Source: Eledone cirrhosa
Taxonomy: Eukaryota
Assembly (NCBI GenBank): GCA_964016885.1
Contig: OZ024744.1
Location: forward strand, 91,450,001 to 91,514,000
Length of the DNA stretch: 64,000 nt
Direction of reading: 5' to 3'
The translations under genes were made by a program, and so were the position numbers. The notes under the pieces were generated by a model. It did not search any database and was not told the DNA's origin. It saw nothing but the letters and a program-made list of their open reading frames with translations. Shown here piece by piece: positions 25,890 through 37,900 of this stretch (its first letter is position 1; the number at the start of each line of letters is the position of its first letter).

Positions 25890-27330
25890 TATATATAAAA
25901 CTGAAATTGTCTGTGTGTGTGTGTCCTAATTTTTGCAAAGTCTATACAAATCCACATTTCTACTCCGATTGACTTCAAACTTGCATTTATATATTCCTTG
26001 TGGTCTAAAGATATTAACTGCAGCTTTTATTTTTCAATTTTCTGTTGGGGTGTTAAGCACCGGTTATCGATCTCTCACTCTTTCTTAGTCTGTCTTTTTA
26101 GATAGATACATATCTATAACGTCGCGCCCTTATAATATCTGTCTGTATGTCTGGCTGTCCACTTTATGACATTATGACAAAAATTGTTCTCATTGCTGAA
26201 GTATTATCTTCGCTATTTTTCCGTTCATTGCCAGGGAACGTCTTCACGACCCAAAGTATCGTCTTCCTGTTTTCCTTTGGTTGCAACGTTTTTCGAAATA
26301 TTTACTTCTGTATTCACAGATTGATTTTTTTAGTTTCAGAAGATCCCGTTAAGGGTGAAAGCAGCGATTCTTTGCTTAAACTTTAATCTGTTATTTTAAT
26401 ATATATATATATTTAATTATATATTCGTGTACAGATATTTTTGCATACACAAAAACAAAATATAAACAAACATATTTATTTCACGAAAGCACAGACAGCT
26501 TATCGTCATTGTTACTGCCGATATGCCACCCAAAAAGTCCCACTACTTTTGGCACAAGGCCAGCAATTACATAGTCAACGATTTGGAAATCACATGCATC
26601 ACTGACGAGTTTACTCCTTACTCTACCAGTTAGTCTTAGTGTACTTCGTCCTGCTTTTAGGTCAGGCCTCGCAGGAAGAGATACTCCATTGGCCGAAATA
26701 CTGCGAAAGCGGCAAGAAAAAGAACAAGGTGGGCAAACGAATCGTCAGTGGAATCTGCTATTCGACGGTCGCAAGATGCTGAACGTACTGCCACCAGAAC
26801 AGCACTTGAAACAGACAACCAACGAACCATTCACCGAACCGTGTCAGCTTTGCAATGTCTATCACCAAATCCTAGGGTCAGACCCTAGTTGTTGCTGGTT
26901 TTATTTTGGAAGAGTCATGTTTTTCACATGGGCAACTATACGTTGGCTGCTCAAGAGTGGCAAGCAAGACAAATCTCTTTGCATATGCCTGACACGGAAG
27001 AACAAGGAACATTGTGTACAAGGAGGTGCTACAATCATTGTTTAGGTATACGAGGCAGAAGGAGATATACACGATTGGTTGAAGAAGGACAAGACTGTGC
27101 TAGTAGTATGACCAACGGCTGCTATCACACCAGCAGCAGCAAAAACAATAACAAAAAACAGAGGGAACACAATTACATGCTTTTGAAAAATCTTAATGGA
27201 AAATTATTTGTCTAAGCACAAAATGTAGACACCATCCCCAGCCCGAATTAAGCCGTACAGTGTTCGGCAACCATCGTTGCTGTTTGTTTACAAACAAACC
27301 GAGCATTATAATAAATGTTCGGTAAATCCA
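25890..27330 (+). mobile_element. Helitron remnant
   Basis: tatataaaa...tgtctgtgtgtg Helitron-type 5' region plus helicase C-terminus; boundaries approximate. Confidence 0.6.
26843..27034 (+). pseudogene. Helitron PIF1-like helicase C-terminus
   Basis: Manual translation: VSFAMSITKS*GQTLVVAGFILEESCFSHGQLYVGCSRVAS...*HGRTRNIVYKEVL. Confidence 0.9.
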
Positions 27331-27726
27331 TACGTACATATATATATGTGTGCATGTATGTATATATATACATACCACTGTACGTCTGTATACATATATG
27401 TATGTACGTATACATACTTATATATATATATATATATATATATATCATAGATTTCTTCATAGGAGCCTTTATTCTTATAGCTTTGTCTAATTGATTTTTT
27501 ATATGGTTAATTATGCTAATTGGGAGAGGAAATGGTATATATTATATCTAGTGATTCTAAAGACATATTTTATGATATATAGCTCTGGTTGTTTAATTTA
27601 TTAATTTTTCATTGAGCCACAACGTGACCTGTTGCAAAACACATATATATCTATGACTTTTTATATATATGTATGTAAACCTTTATATATATATATATAT
27701 ATATATACATATACACACATACACAC

Positions 27727-27772
<46 letters not shown>

Positions 27773-27780
27773 AACGCACA

Positions 27781-27830
<50 letters not shown>

Positions 27831-28244
27831 AAACATAGAAAAAGCCAAGATAAAAAGTTCTTTAGTTTAATTTTCTGACAGATGTTTCTACAAAAGTGAT
27901 CTAAAATTAATTTACTGATTATACCAGTGATGAGAAGATTTATATATATATATATATATTTTTTTTTTTTGCTGGTTGTGGAATTACATTAAGCTGAAAA
28001 TAGTCTTTGTATAATTCTTTTTTTATCTGAATAATATATCATCAGTTTTTAACACCTATTTTCCATGCTTCCACAGCTGCCTGAAAGAAAACGACGGTTA
28101 TTTGTTGACGACAATAAGTATAAGACGGCTATCTGAATATGCATGTCTTTTTTTCTCCCCTCCCCCACCGCCCACCCTATATTTTTTCTCATTCCTTCCT
28201 CTTCCCACTCTTTATTTTCTATTTATCTTCTATTTCTAACTCTA

Positions 28245-28371
28245 TCTTCTTATGAAGGACTAGTTTCTGAAACGTTAATACCCTCTTCCTGCTGTTTCAA
28301 GCGTTAAACTAATATATTTCTACCATGCACTGTGCCGTTTCTTTTGTTATTTCTGTTTGCCTTTAACATAC

Positions 28372-28404
<33 letters not shown>

Positions 28405-28601
28405 TGCACATGTGTTTGTGTGTGTGTGTGTGTGTGTGCATGCACATGTGTGTGTGTGTGTATGTGTGTGTAAAAGGTAAACAGAAATAACTAAATAACA
28501 AAACAAACAGCATGGTACATGGAAGGAATATATTAGTTTAATGCTTCAAATAGCAGGAAGAGGGTCTTAACGTTTTGGAACGATTGTCTTTCATCAGAAG
28601 A
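28245..28601. mobile_element. Penelope-like element terminus: inverted pseudo-LTRs, each with a decayed hammerhead
   Basis: Plus: tctt CTTATGA...GAAA cg TT aata; minus: tctt CTGATGA...AAAA cg TT aaga; arms separated by (GT)n. Confidence 0.75.
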
Positions 28602-28891
28602 AAGAAGGAGAAATTAAAGAAGAAATAGAAAGATTGAGAAGACGGGCAGGGTGGAAACAAAAAAAATGTTTTTAGATAAAAATAACAGGTCCATTCATGT
28701 TGTCATCTCTGGGTAAACTGTTGATGCTGGCGTTTTGTGTATGATATAATTTTTTTGAAAAGTTGATGATGGAATGCATCTATCTGAAATGGGAAAAAAA
28801 ACCTTTTGTATACACAGCTGTATATGTGTGCGTGTGTGTTTAGCATTCGTCCATACAAAGCTAAGAGGATGTGTGTGTATATGTAAGTAAA

Positions 28892-29290
28892 AAAGTGTGT
28901 GTATGTGCTTGTAAGTACGAAGCTGTGAGCAAAGTGTGTGTATGTGCTTGTAAGTATGAAGCTGTGAGCAAAGTGTGTGTATGTGCTTGTAAGTACGAAG
29001 CTGTGAGCAAAGTGTGTGTATGTGCTTGTAAGTACGAAGCTGTGAGCAAAGTGTGTGTATGTGCTTATAAGTACGAAGCTGTGAGCAAAGTGTGTGTATG
29101 TGCTTGTAAGTACGAAGCTGTGAGCAAAGTGTGTGTATGTGCTTGTAAGTACGAAGCTGTGAGCAAAGTGTATGTATGTGCTTGTAAGTACGAAGCTGTG
29201 AGCAAAGTGTGTGTATGTGCTTATAAGTACGAAGCTGTGAGCAAAGTGTGTGTATGTGCTTGTAAGTACGAAGCTGTGAGCAAAGTGTGT
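28892..29290. repeat. 39-bp minisatellite, 10 copies
   Basis: aaagtgtgtgtatgtgcttgtaagtacgaagctgtgagc repeated head-to-tail. Confidence 0.95.
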
Positions 29291-29487
29291 ATACAGAGCT
29301 GTGAAGGTAAATGTAGAGGTGTGTGTGGATTTTTTTGTCGGTCAAGCTGTAAGAGTATACGTTTCTGACCATAACAGAGCCATGGAAACCTAGGGGGCGA
29401 ATGTACACGTGCGTGTGTTGCAACGGATGCGGTAAATGTGATGGTGGTAAGGAATAAAGAAGTAAGCATGAATGTATGTGTGTAAGA

Positions 29488-29775
29488 TTAAAGAAATTGG
29501 AGAGGGTTGTTGAGTCCTTTGGGGAATCTGGACCCAAGGCGGAAAATGAGACTCTGCTCTGTCCTGGTGCATGAGGCCTGAGATCCTGTGATGTAAAAGG
29601 ACACCAAGGACTAAGACATGTAGGGAAGAGTGACCTGGGGAGTGAGAATGACAAGCGATGGGAGTATCCATACCGAGTCGTATGTCCCTTAAATATTCAG
29701 CAAAATGGTCCGCCAAATGGCATCCTGTTTGTCCACTGTATAAGGTTCCGCAAAGGGACACAACACACAAAAACA
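29488..29775 (-). pseudogene. Penelope-like element GIY-YIG endonuclease C-terminus
   Basis: LCGTLYSGQTGCHLADHFAEYLRDIR...PIACHSHSPGHS, then after a frameshift EQSLIFRLGSRFPKGLNNPLQFL*. Confidence 0.85.
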
Positions 29776-29961
29776 AGATGGTGAAGAACAGAATAAAGGA
29801 GAGGTACAAAATAAGAAATTAGTTACTGAGGAGGTCACAGAATGTGTGACAAAAGAGTTTTGACAATATATAAACAACCATCTGGTTATTGAACCAACCA
29901 ACTGGAAATCTATAATAAATTGAAGTGAAAACTAACAGGTGCGTGTGTTTTTATTAGCAGC

Positions 29962-30213
29962 ATGACCCTCCCAAAGTATAACAATATATATTTATATGTT
30001 TATATATATTAACTTGTCTTTAATTGTTTTGTTATGTCCAAGTGTGCACTGGAATGAATGGTATTGACCTTTATACGCCGAAACTAGTAATTTCCAGAGG
30101 TTGACTGAGGAGGTGGGACTGCCTGTCTGTCCCTTCTTTTTTTCCATTGTCTTTGTCCTGTGCACACATACTTTGAATTTATATATATATATTGTTATAT
30201 TTAGGGAGGGTCA
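29962..30213. mobile_element. Fold-back mini-element with degenerate hammerhead
   Basis: Arms atgaccctcccaaagtataacaatatata / tatatattgttatatttagggagggtcat; interior ctggaa...gccGAAActagTAatttccag. Confidence 0.55.
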
Positions 30214-30297
30214 TATTGTTATGATATTGCCAGAAATAATAATACACGATTTCATATAAAAAACCTTGCAAAATAAATATATATATATGTATATATA

Positions 30298-30602
30298 TCA
30301 TCATCATCATCATCATTTTACGTCTGCTTTTCTCTGCTTGCAAGGGTGGGACGGGAACTGATTCTGGCTTGATTTCTACAGCTGGATGCCCTTCCTAACA
30401 CCAACCTCATTTACAGTGAGTGCTGGGTGCTTTTTTTCCGTGGCGCCTCCACGTCCACTTTGCAGTGGAATGATAGGACCCCAGTCCCTATCATCTCATT
30501 TCTACAGCTGAGTAAACTGAAGCAATGTGAAATAAAGTGTCTTGCTCAAGAAAACCTTTCGATTGCAGGCCAATGCTATAACCACTAAGCCATGTGCCTC
30601 CA
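30298..30602 (-). mobile_element. Composite SINE, same family as 3213-3552
   Basis: Same head, CORE-like segment and ccgtcccacccttgcaagcag tail. Confidence 0.85.
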
Positions 30603-30769
30603 TATATATATATATAATTGTATCTATATATAAATACATATTTAATGTGGGTAATAATAAATATTATCCAATTACAAGTATGAGAATAGCTCAATGTAAA
30701 ATAACAAGTATATTGCAGAGCTGAAATACTTTATAAATATTTAATCAAAGAGTGTTTAAAATATTTAAT

Positions 30770-30818
30770 CATTTATGATTGTTTCATCCTAGTACAAGGC
30801 CGGAATCATCAGATTATA
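30770..30818 (-). ncRNA. Hammerhead-like core
   Basis: Minus strand: taat CTGATGA ttcc...ggat GAAA caa TC ata; stem I weak. Confidence 0.45.
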
Positions 30819-30968
30819 TAATAAAGGTTGAAACACAAATATAATATCAGAAGTTTGTCATAAGAACATTATGAGGATACATAATATTGGAAGTAAGCAT
30901 AAGTATCAACATTTATATAAGAAAAGATAGCAAAGGCAGAAGAAGCATATGAAAAAAAAAAATTAAAC

Positions 30969-31022
<54 letters not shown>

Positions 31023-31431
31023 GAGAGGGAGAGAGCGAGAGAGAGAGAGGATCAGCCCAAGTACTGGACTGTTACTTTATTTATCAACCTCAAAATGATG
31101 AATGTTGAAGTTGACTGTAGCAGAATTTGAACTCATGACTCAGTGAGCCAGAACAAGTAAGATGAGCTGCAAAATGAGCCCTGGCTTAAGTCAATATCTC
31201 CCCAATTTTTAGAGCCAGCCAGCTGGAATGTCAAAGGTGGATGGAGAAAAGGCAGGGTGGTCGGTTTTATAATTTTCCCCAAAGTAGGTAAGAGATAGAT
31301 GTCTCATTTGGGATGCCTCAGTTGGCAACTCTTTTGATCTGATGCCCTAACAACTCTGCCAATTCGTTACCCCTGAGAAAGATACCAGACAATGTTATAA
31401 TCCACAGAATGTAGTTGGGAGAGATCTCCAT

Positions 31432-31590
31432 GGGAGCTGGCATGGTTGTGTGGTTAAAATATTCTCTTTCTAACAGGATGGTTCTGGGTTCAATCCTACT
31501 ATGTGGTACTGTGTCTTCTACTGTAGCTTCAGATTAACCAATGGTTTGTGAGTGAAATTCGTTAGACAGAAACTGTGTAGAAGCCCACTG
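31432..31590 (+). mobile_element. tRNA-derived SINE (third family), decayed
   Basis: tggttgtgtggtt A box, gggttcaatcc B box, tgtcttctact...gaaactgtgtagaagccc body. Confidence 0.6.
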
Positions 31591-32397
31591 TTTATGTGCA
31601 TGTTTCTGTCTGTATGTGTGTGTATGTGCATCCATTCATATCTGTGTTTATGTTTATTGTTTGTGTGTGTGTGTGTGTGTCCTTGTGTGTGTGTGTGTTG
31701 GGTGTATGTCTGTACGATCCAAATATGTGTCTACGTTTCTGTTTGTGTGTGTGTCCATGTGTGTGTGTCCATGTGTGTGTATATATGTGTGTGTGTGTCC
31801 CCATACATGTGTGTGTATGTTCGTGTGTGTGTCCATGTGTATGTGAGTCTGTGTTTCCCTGCATGTGTGTGTCCATGAGTCCATGCATCTGTGTCTGTCT
31901 GTCCGTGTCCATGTGTGTATATGTGTGTGTGTGTATGTGTGTGTATGTCCCCATGTGTGTGTATGTCCGTGTGTGTGTCCATGTGTGTGTGTGTCTGTGT
32001 GTTTCCCTGCATGTGTGTGTCCATGAGTCCATGCATCTGTGTCTGTCTGTCCGTGTGTATGTGTGTGTGTGTATGTCTGTGTCTGTTTGTGGGTGTGTGT
32101 CTGTCTGTCCCTCCATCCATCACCCATATCTGTGTTTACTAAGTGTTTGTTTATGTCTCCTTAAATTACCGGGTGGGGGTGGAGGGGTGGGGGAGATACC
32201 TGACAAAAAAATTACAACAACACCAGTAAAAAATAAGTACTGGGAGGGTCAATATGATCAACTCTAATTTAAATCCTTTTATTGCATTGTCTTCCTCCAG
32301 CCAGCCCCTCCTTCTCCCCACATTTTCACCACCTCCCCCAACCCCACCACAGCCCAGCCCGCGGTTTCAATGATTGAAACAAGTAAAAATATAAAAT

Positions 32398-32429
<32 letters not shown>

Positions 32430-32471
32430 GGAGGTGAGTTATTGTTTTTTTAGGCATCATACCTTTTACCT

Positions 32472-32542
32472 TATTTTATCTGATGAGAACGCAACTATCG
32501 TCCCAGGATGATATTTGTTTTTGAAATGCGCATAATAAAATA
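32472..32542 (+). ncRNA. Complete type I hammerhead ribozyme motif (family F1)
   Basis: tattttat CTGATGA gaac...tttt GAAA tgcgca TA ataaaata; 8-bp stem I, palindromic stem III atgcgcat. Confidence 0.8.
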
Positions 32543-32575
32543 TATGGAACTTTTTTAACCATCTTTTAATTTCTT

Positions 32576-32612
<37 letters not shown>

Positions 32613-33090
32613 ATAATAATAATAAATTTGAAGACTAAAATCCAAAGAGGGCTCGATAAGGATAAATATATATCAAATATATAAGAACCGTAGAGCAAAT
32701 ATTTATTAAAATAACAGATTAAAGTTTAAGGGTGAAAGCAGCGATTCTTTGCTTAAACTTTAATCTGTTATTTTAATAAATAAATATATATATATATATA
32801 TATATATTAGGAAGGGCATCCAGCTGTAGAAAACCCGCCAGACAGTCCACGCTGTAATGTGGCCGTGTAGGCAACACGGTAAAAACCTCCCAGCCCCACA
32901 CTGTAAATGTGGTTGGTGTTAGGAAGGGCATCCAACTGTAGAAAACCCACCAGACAGTCCTATGCGAGCAAGACAACCACTCTTGCCTCAAGTGGGAAAA
33001 CCCCCGTCCAAACCCATGCAAGCGTGGAACACGGACGCTAAACCTGATGATGATGATGATGATGATGAATATATAATATATTATATATTA

Positions 33091-33554
33091 CTAGCAGAAA
33101 AACCACTCTGCGGATGGTTTTCTGCAAGCTTGTGTAGTGTGTATATTGATATTATACGCAGGTATATACATGTAGATATGATACATCAAATAAAATCGTA
33201 ATTGACAATATATAATACATAGAAATTGAACGAAGACTGTGTTACACTGTCTTATTTAATCAGTAATGTAATCCATGATACATTAAAAAAGACGATATTA
33301 TATATAAACTACATTAGGAGAAAATTAATGTTTATTTAAGCGATGGCCAACCGGAAGTGTTGACATTTCAGAAATTTTAAAGAAGTGAATCTTTAAATAA
33401 ATAAAATATATTTAGTCAACAGCCACGAAATTTAGCAGATAAATTATGTAATATTCATTCATTATTTATTCAAAGTAATCCAACTTATTTTACAAATGGG
33501 ATAAAAAAATAAACCGTACGCAATCCCGCAGACCTTCCTTTATTATAGTTTAGA
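33091..33554 (-). mobile_element. Non-autonomous Helitron
   Basis: Minus strand starts A|TCTAAACTATAATAAA and ends aaaacca...tggtttttctg CTAG|T (terminal hairpin). Confidence 0.72.
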
Positions 33555-33626
33555 TATATAAGTTAATCCCAGGTTCAATTGGGGTAACCACAGTAAGTAA
33601 GGTACTCAATACAAAGCAGAGTATAA

Positions 33627-33720
33627 ATATTTAATATAGAAAGGCTTCTACAGGACTAGAACTGTTTCATTCCGGAGAAATCATCAGGGCTTCCTGTAGA
33701 AGACTTTCTATATTAAATAT
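33627..33720 (-). mobile_element. Small fold-back element with hammerhead core
   Basis: 29-bp inverted arms (1 mismatch) enclosing minus-strand CTGATGA tttctccggaat GAAA cagTT. Confidence 0.62.
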
Positions 33721-34039
33721 ATATATATATATATACAAGTGGAAGCTTAGTAAAATCGAAGCTTTGGCTGTGGTCAAGCAAAATCGACCTACAATAAGGA
33801 ATGAGTAGCAAAGCACTCAATAAGGGTAGGTCTTTAGAGTAATAACATTACGTTTAAATAGTTTGACAAATTGAAAATTGCGGTAGGCAAAACCCAACCA
33901 TACAATACCAAAACAACGAAAAAACTAATCAGGTTAAAACAACAGACCTGGACAGATCGAACGATATTCTGCAATACGTCCGATATGTTTCTGTGAATCC
34001 GAAATCATCAATCCAACTTACGTAACACGTAAGTTTGTG

Positions 34040-34072
<33 letters not shown>

Positions 34073-34160
34073 GGAGTTGTATTTAATTTGTTGGAATTCT
34101 GACAAACACAAATGTTTATAACTGATATAGAGCACTCAACAAGTTACTGGAGTAAATATT

Positions 34161-34490
34161 CCAAGATGATAAGAAATGGAAACTATATTTATAAAACCAT
34201 ATTTATTTTATTATATATATTTCAAGGGCGACCAAGCAAATCTTGGTGCGCTTTCATCAGATAAAATACCACATTTGTTTCATAAATAATGACATACCCA
34301 TGGAAATCACTATCCAGCGAATTTTCAGACAGTTAAGGTGTGATTTCCATGGGTATGTCATTATTTATAAAACAAATTTTGTATTTTATCTGATGAAAGC
34401 GCACCAAGATTTGCTTGGTCGCCCTTGAAAATATATATAATAAAATAAATATGGTTTTATAAATATAGTTTCCATTTCTTATTATCTTGG
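34161..34490. mobile_element. 330-bp palindrome with two inverted family-F1 hammerheads
   Basis: Arms 34161-34310 and 34340-34490; HHR at 34204-34268 (-) and 34382-34447 (+). Confidence 0.88.
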
Positions 34491-34508
34491 TATGTATATA
34501 TATATTTA

Positions 34509-34730
34509 TAAACCCGTAGAGCAAATATTTATTATAAGAACAGATTAAAGTTTAAGCAAAGAATCACTGCTTTCACTCTTAACAGAATCTTCTGAAACTC
34601 TCACGCTTAAGGGTGAAAGCAGCTTATACTTTAATCTGTTCTTATAATAAATATTTTCTCTGTGGGTTTTTATATATATATAATCCATATCGAGCCCTCT
34701 TCGGCTTTTAGTCTTCACATTTATTATTAC
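34509..34730. mobile_element. Fold-back element family F2
   Basis: aaatatttattataagaacagattaaagt ... actttaatctgttcttataataaatattt; relatives at 26335-26400, 32620-32782, 9997-10060 and 46130-46155. Confidence 0.7.
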
Positions 34731-34944
34731 TATATATGTATATATACATTTTTGGGGACACACACACAAACACACATATATATAACCCATGCTAGTGTGG
34801 AAGATGGACCTTAAACGAAGATGATGATGATAATGATGATATATATATATATACGAGCATACAAGCATATACGATATATATAAAGTAGCATTTCTGTATA
34901 TATATTCCTATACATTGTCTGCTGACCACATACAGGTTATGGAG

Positions 34945-37900
34945 CAGGTATGGGCAACCTTTTTCGAGGAGTGGGCCACCTAGGATATGGTTCATTATAA
35001 GGTGGGCCCCATAAGATATGGCTCATTATAAGGTGGGCCACATAGGATATTGCTCATTATAAGGTGGGCCACATAGGATATGGCTCATTATAAGGTGGGC
35101 CACATAGGATATGGCTCATTATAAGGTGGGCCACATAGGATATGGCTCATTATAAGGTGGGCCACATAGGATATTGCTCATTATAAGGTGGGCCACATAG
35201 GATATGGCTCATTATAAGGTGGGCCACATAGGATATGGTTCATTATAAGGTGGGCCACATAGGATATGGCTCATTATAAGGTGGGCCACATAAGATATTG
35301 CTCATTATAAGGTGGGCCACATAGGATATGGCTCATTATAAGGTGGGCCACATAGGATATTGCTCATTATAAGGTGGGCCACATAGGATATGGCTCATTA
35401 TAAGGTGGGCCACATAGGATATGGCTCATTATAAGGTGGGCCACATAGGATATGGCTCATTATAAGGTGGGCCACATAGGATATGGCTCATTATAAGGTG
35501 GGCCACATAGGATATGGCTATTTATAAGGTGGGCCACATAGGATATGGCTCATTATAAGGTGGGCCACATAGGATATGGCTCATTATAAGGTGGGCCACA
35601 TAGGATATTGCTCATTATAAGGTGGGCCACATAAGATATGGCTCATTATAAGGTGGGCCACATAGGATATGGCTCATTATAAGGTGGGCCACATAGGATA
35701 TGGCTCATTATAAGGTGGGCCACATAGGATATGGCTCATTATAAGGTGGGCCACATAGGATATGGCTCATTATAAGGTGGGCCACATAAGATATGGCTCA
35801 TTATAAGGTGGGCCACATAAGATATTGCTTATTATAAGATGGGCCACATAGGATATTGCTCATTATAAGGTGGGCCACATAGGATATGACTCATTATAAG
35901 GTGGGCCACATAGGATATGGCTCATTATAAGGTGGGCCACATAAGATATTGCTCATTATCAGGTGGGCCACATAGGATATGGCTCATTATAAGGTGGGCC
36001 ACATAGGATATGGCTCATTATAAGGTGGGCCACATAGGATATGGCTCATTATAAGGTGGGCCACATAGGATATGGCTCATTATAAGGTGGGCCACATAGG
36101 ATATGGCTCATTATAAGGTTGGCTACATAGGATATTGCTCATTATAAGGTGGGCCACATAGGATATGGCTCATTATAAGGTGGGCCACATAGGATATGGC
36201 TCATTATAAGGTGGGCCACATAGGATATGGCTCATTATAAGGTGGGCCACATAGGATATGGCTCATTATAAGGTGGGCCACATAGGATATGGCTATTTAT
36301 AAGGTGGGCCACATAGGATATTGCTCATTATAAGGTGGGCCACATAGGATATGACTCATTATAAGGTGGGCCACATAGGATATGGCTCATTATAAGGTGG
36401 GCCACATAAGATATTGCTCATTATAAGGTGGGCCACATAAGATATTGCTCATTATCAGGTGGGCCACATAGGATATGGCTCATTATAAGGTGGGCCACAT
36501 AGGATATGGCTCATTATAAGGTGGGCCACATAGGATATTGCTCATTATAAGGTGGGCCACATAGGATATGACTCATTATAAGGTGGGCCACATAGGATAT
36601 GGCTCATTATAAGGTGGGCCACATAAGATATTGCTCATTATAAGGTGGGCCACATAAGATATTGCTCATTATCAGGTGGGCCACATAGGATATGGCTCAT
36701 TATAAGGTGGGCCACATAGGATATGGCTCATTATAAGGTGGGCCACATAGGATATGGCTCATTATAAGGTGGGCCACATAGGATATGGCTCATTATAAGG
36801 TGGGCCACATAGGATATTGCTCATTATAAGGTGGGCCACATAGGATATGACTCATTATAAGGTGGGCCACATAGGATATGGCTCATTATAAGGTGGGCCA
36901 CATAAGATATTGCTCATTATAAGGTGGGCCACATAAGATATTGCTCATTATCAGGTGGGCCACATAGGATATGGCTCATTATAAGGTGGGCCACATAGGA
37001 TATGGCTCATTATAAGGTGGGCCACATAGGATATGGCTCATTATAAGGTGGGCCACATAGGATATGGCTCATTATAAGGTGGGCAACATAGGATATGGCT
37101 CATTATAAGGTTGGCTACATAGGATATTGCTCATTATAAGGTGGGCCACATAGGATATGGCTCATTATAAGGTGGGCCACATAGGATATGGCTCATTATA
37201 AGGTGGGCCACATAGGATATGGCTCATTATAAGGTAGGCCACACTACTAAAGACTTCAAGGCATGGGCAACACATTTTGAGCAGTGGGCCACAAACATAC
37301 CTACACACATGCATGCACATATACACTCATACATACCCACCCACACACACACTTATACACACAAACACACATACATACCCACACAAATAGACTCAAACGC
37401 ATAACCATATCCACACATACACAGACACACACTCCAACCCACATACATAAAATGGGCCACACTACTAAAGACATCAAGGTATGGGCAATACATTTGGAGC
37501 AGCGGGCCACATACACACCTACATATACACTCATACATACCCACATACACACCCACATACACACACACATATACACTCATACATACCCACACACACACCC
37601 ACATACACACACACATATACACTCATATACACTCATACATACCCACATACACACCCACATACACACCCACATATACACTCATACATACCCACATACACAC
37701 CCACATACCCACCCACATATACACTCATACATACCCACACACACACCCACATACACACACACATATACACTCATACATACCCACACACACACCCACATAC
37801 ACACACACATATACACTCATACATACCCACACACACACCCACATACACACACACATATACACTCATACATACCCACACACACACCCACATACACACACAC

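Noticed and set aside
27870-27935. Minus-strand GAAAcatctgTC half-hammerhead
   Set aside because: The CTGANGA half is missing
34161-34490. Integrated viroid-like or ambisense circular RNA replicon
   Set aside because: The ribozymes on both strands are simply inverted copies of one sequence, and there are no direct terminal repeats; a PLE origin is more economical
34969-37243. CRISPR-like 31-bp repeats (also the 39-bp and 35-bp arrays)
   Set aside because: Head-to-tail monomers with no unique spacers, no cas genes, eukaryotic context
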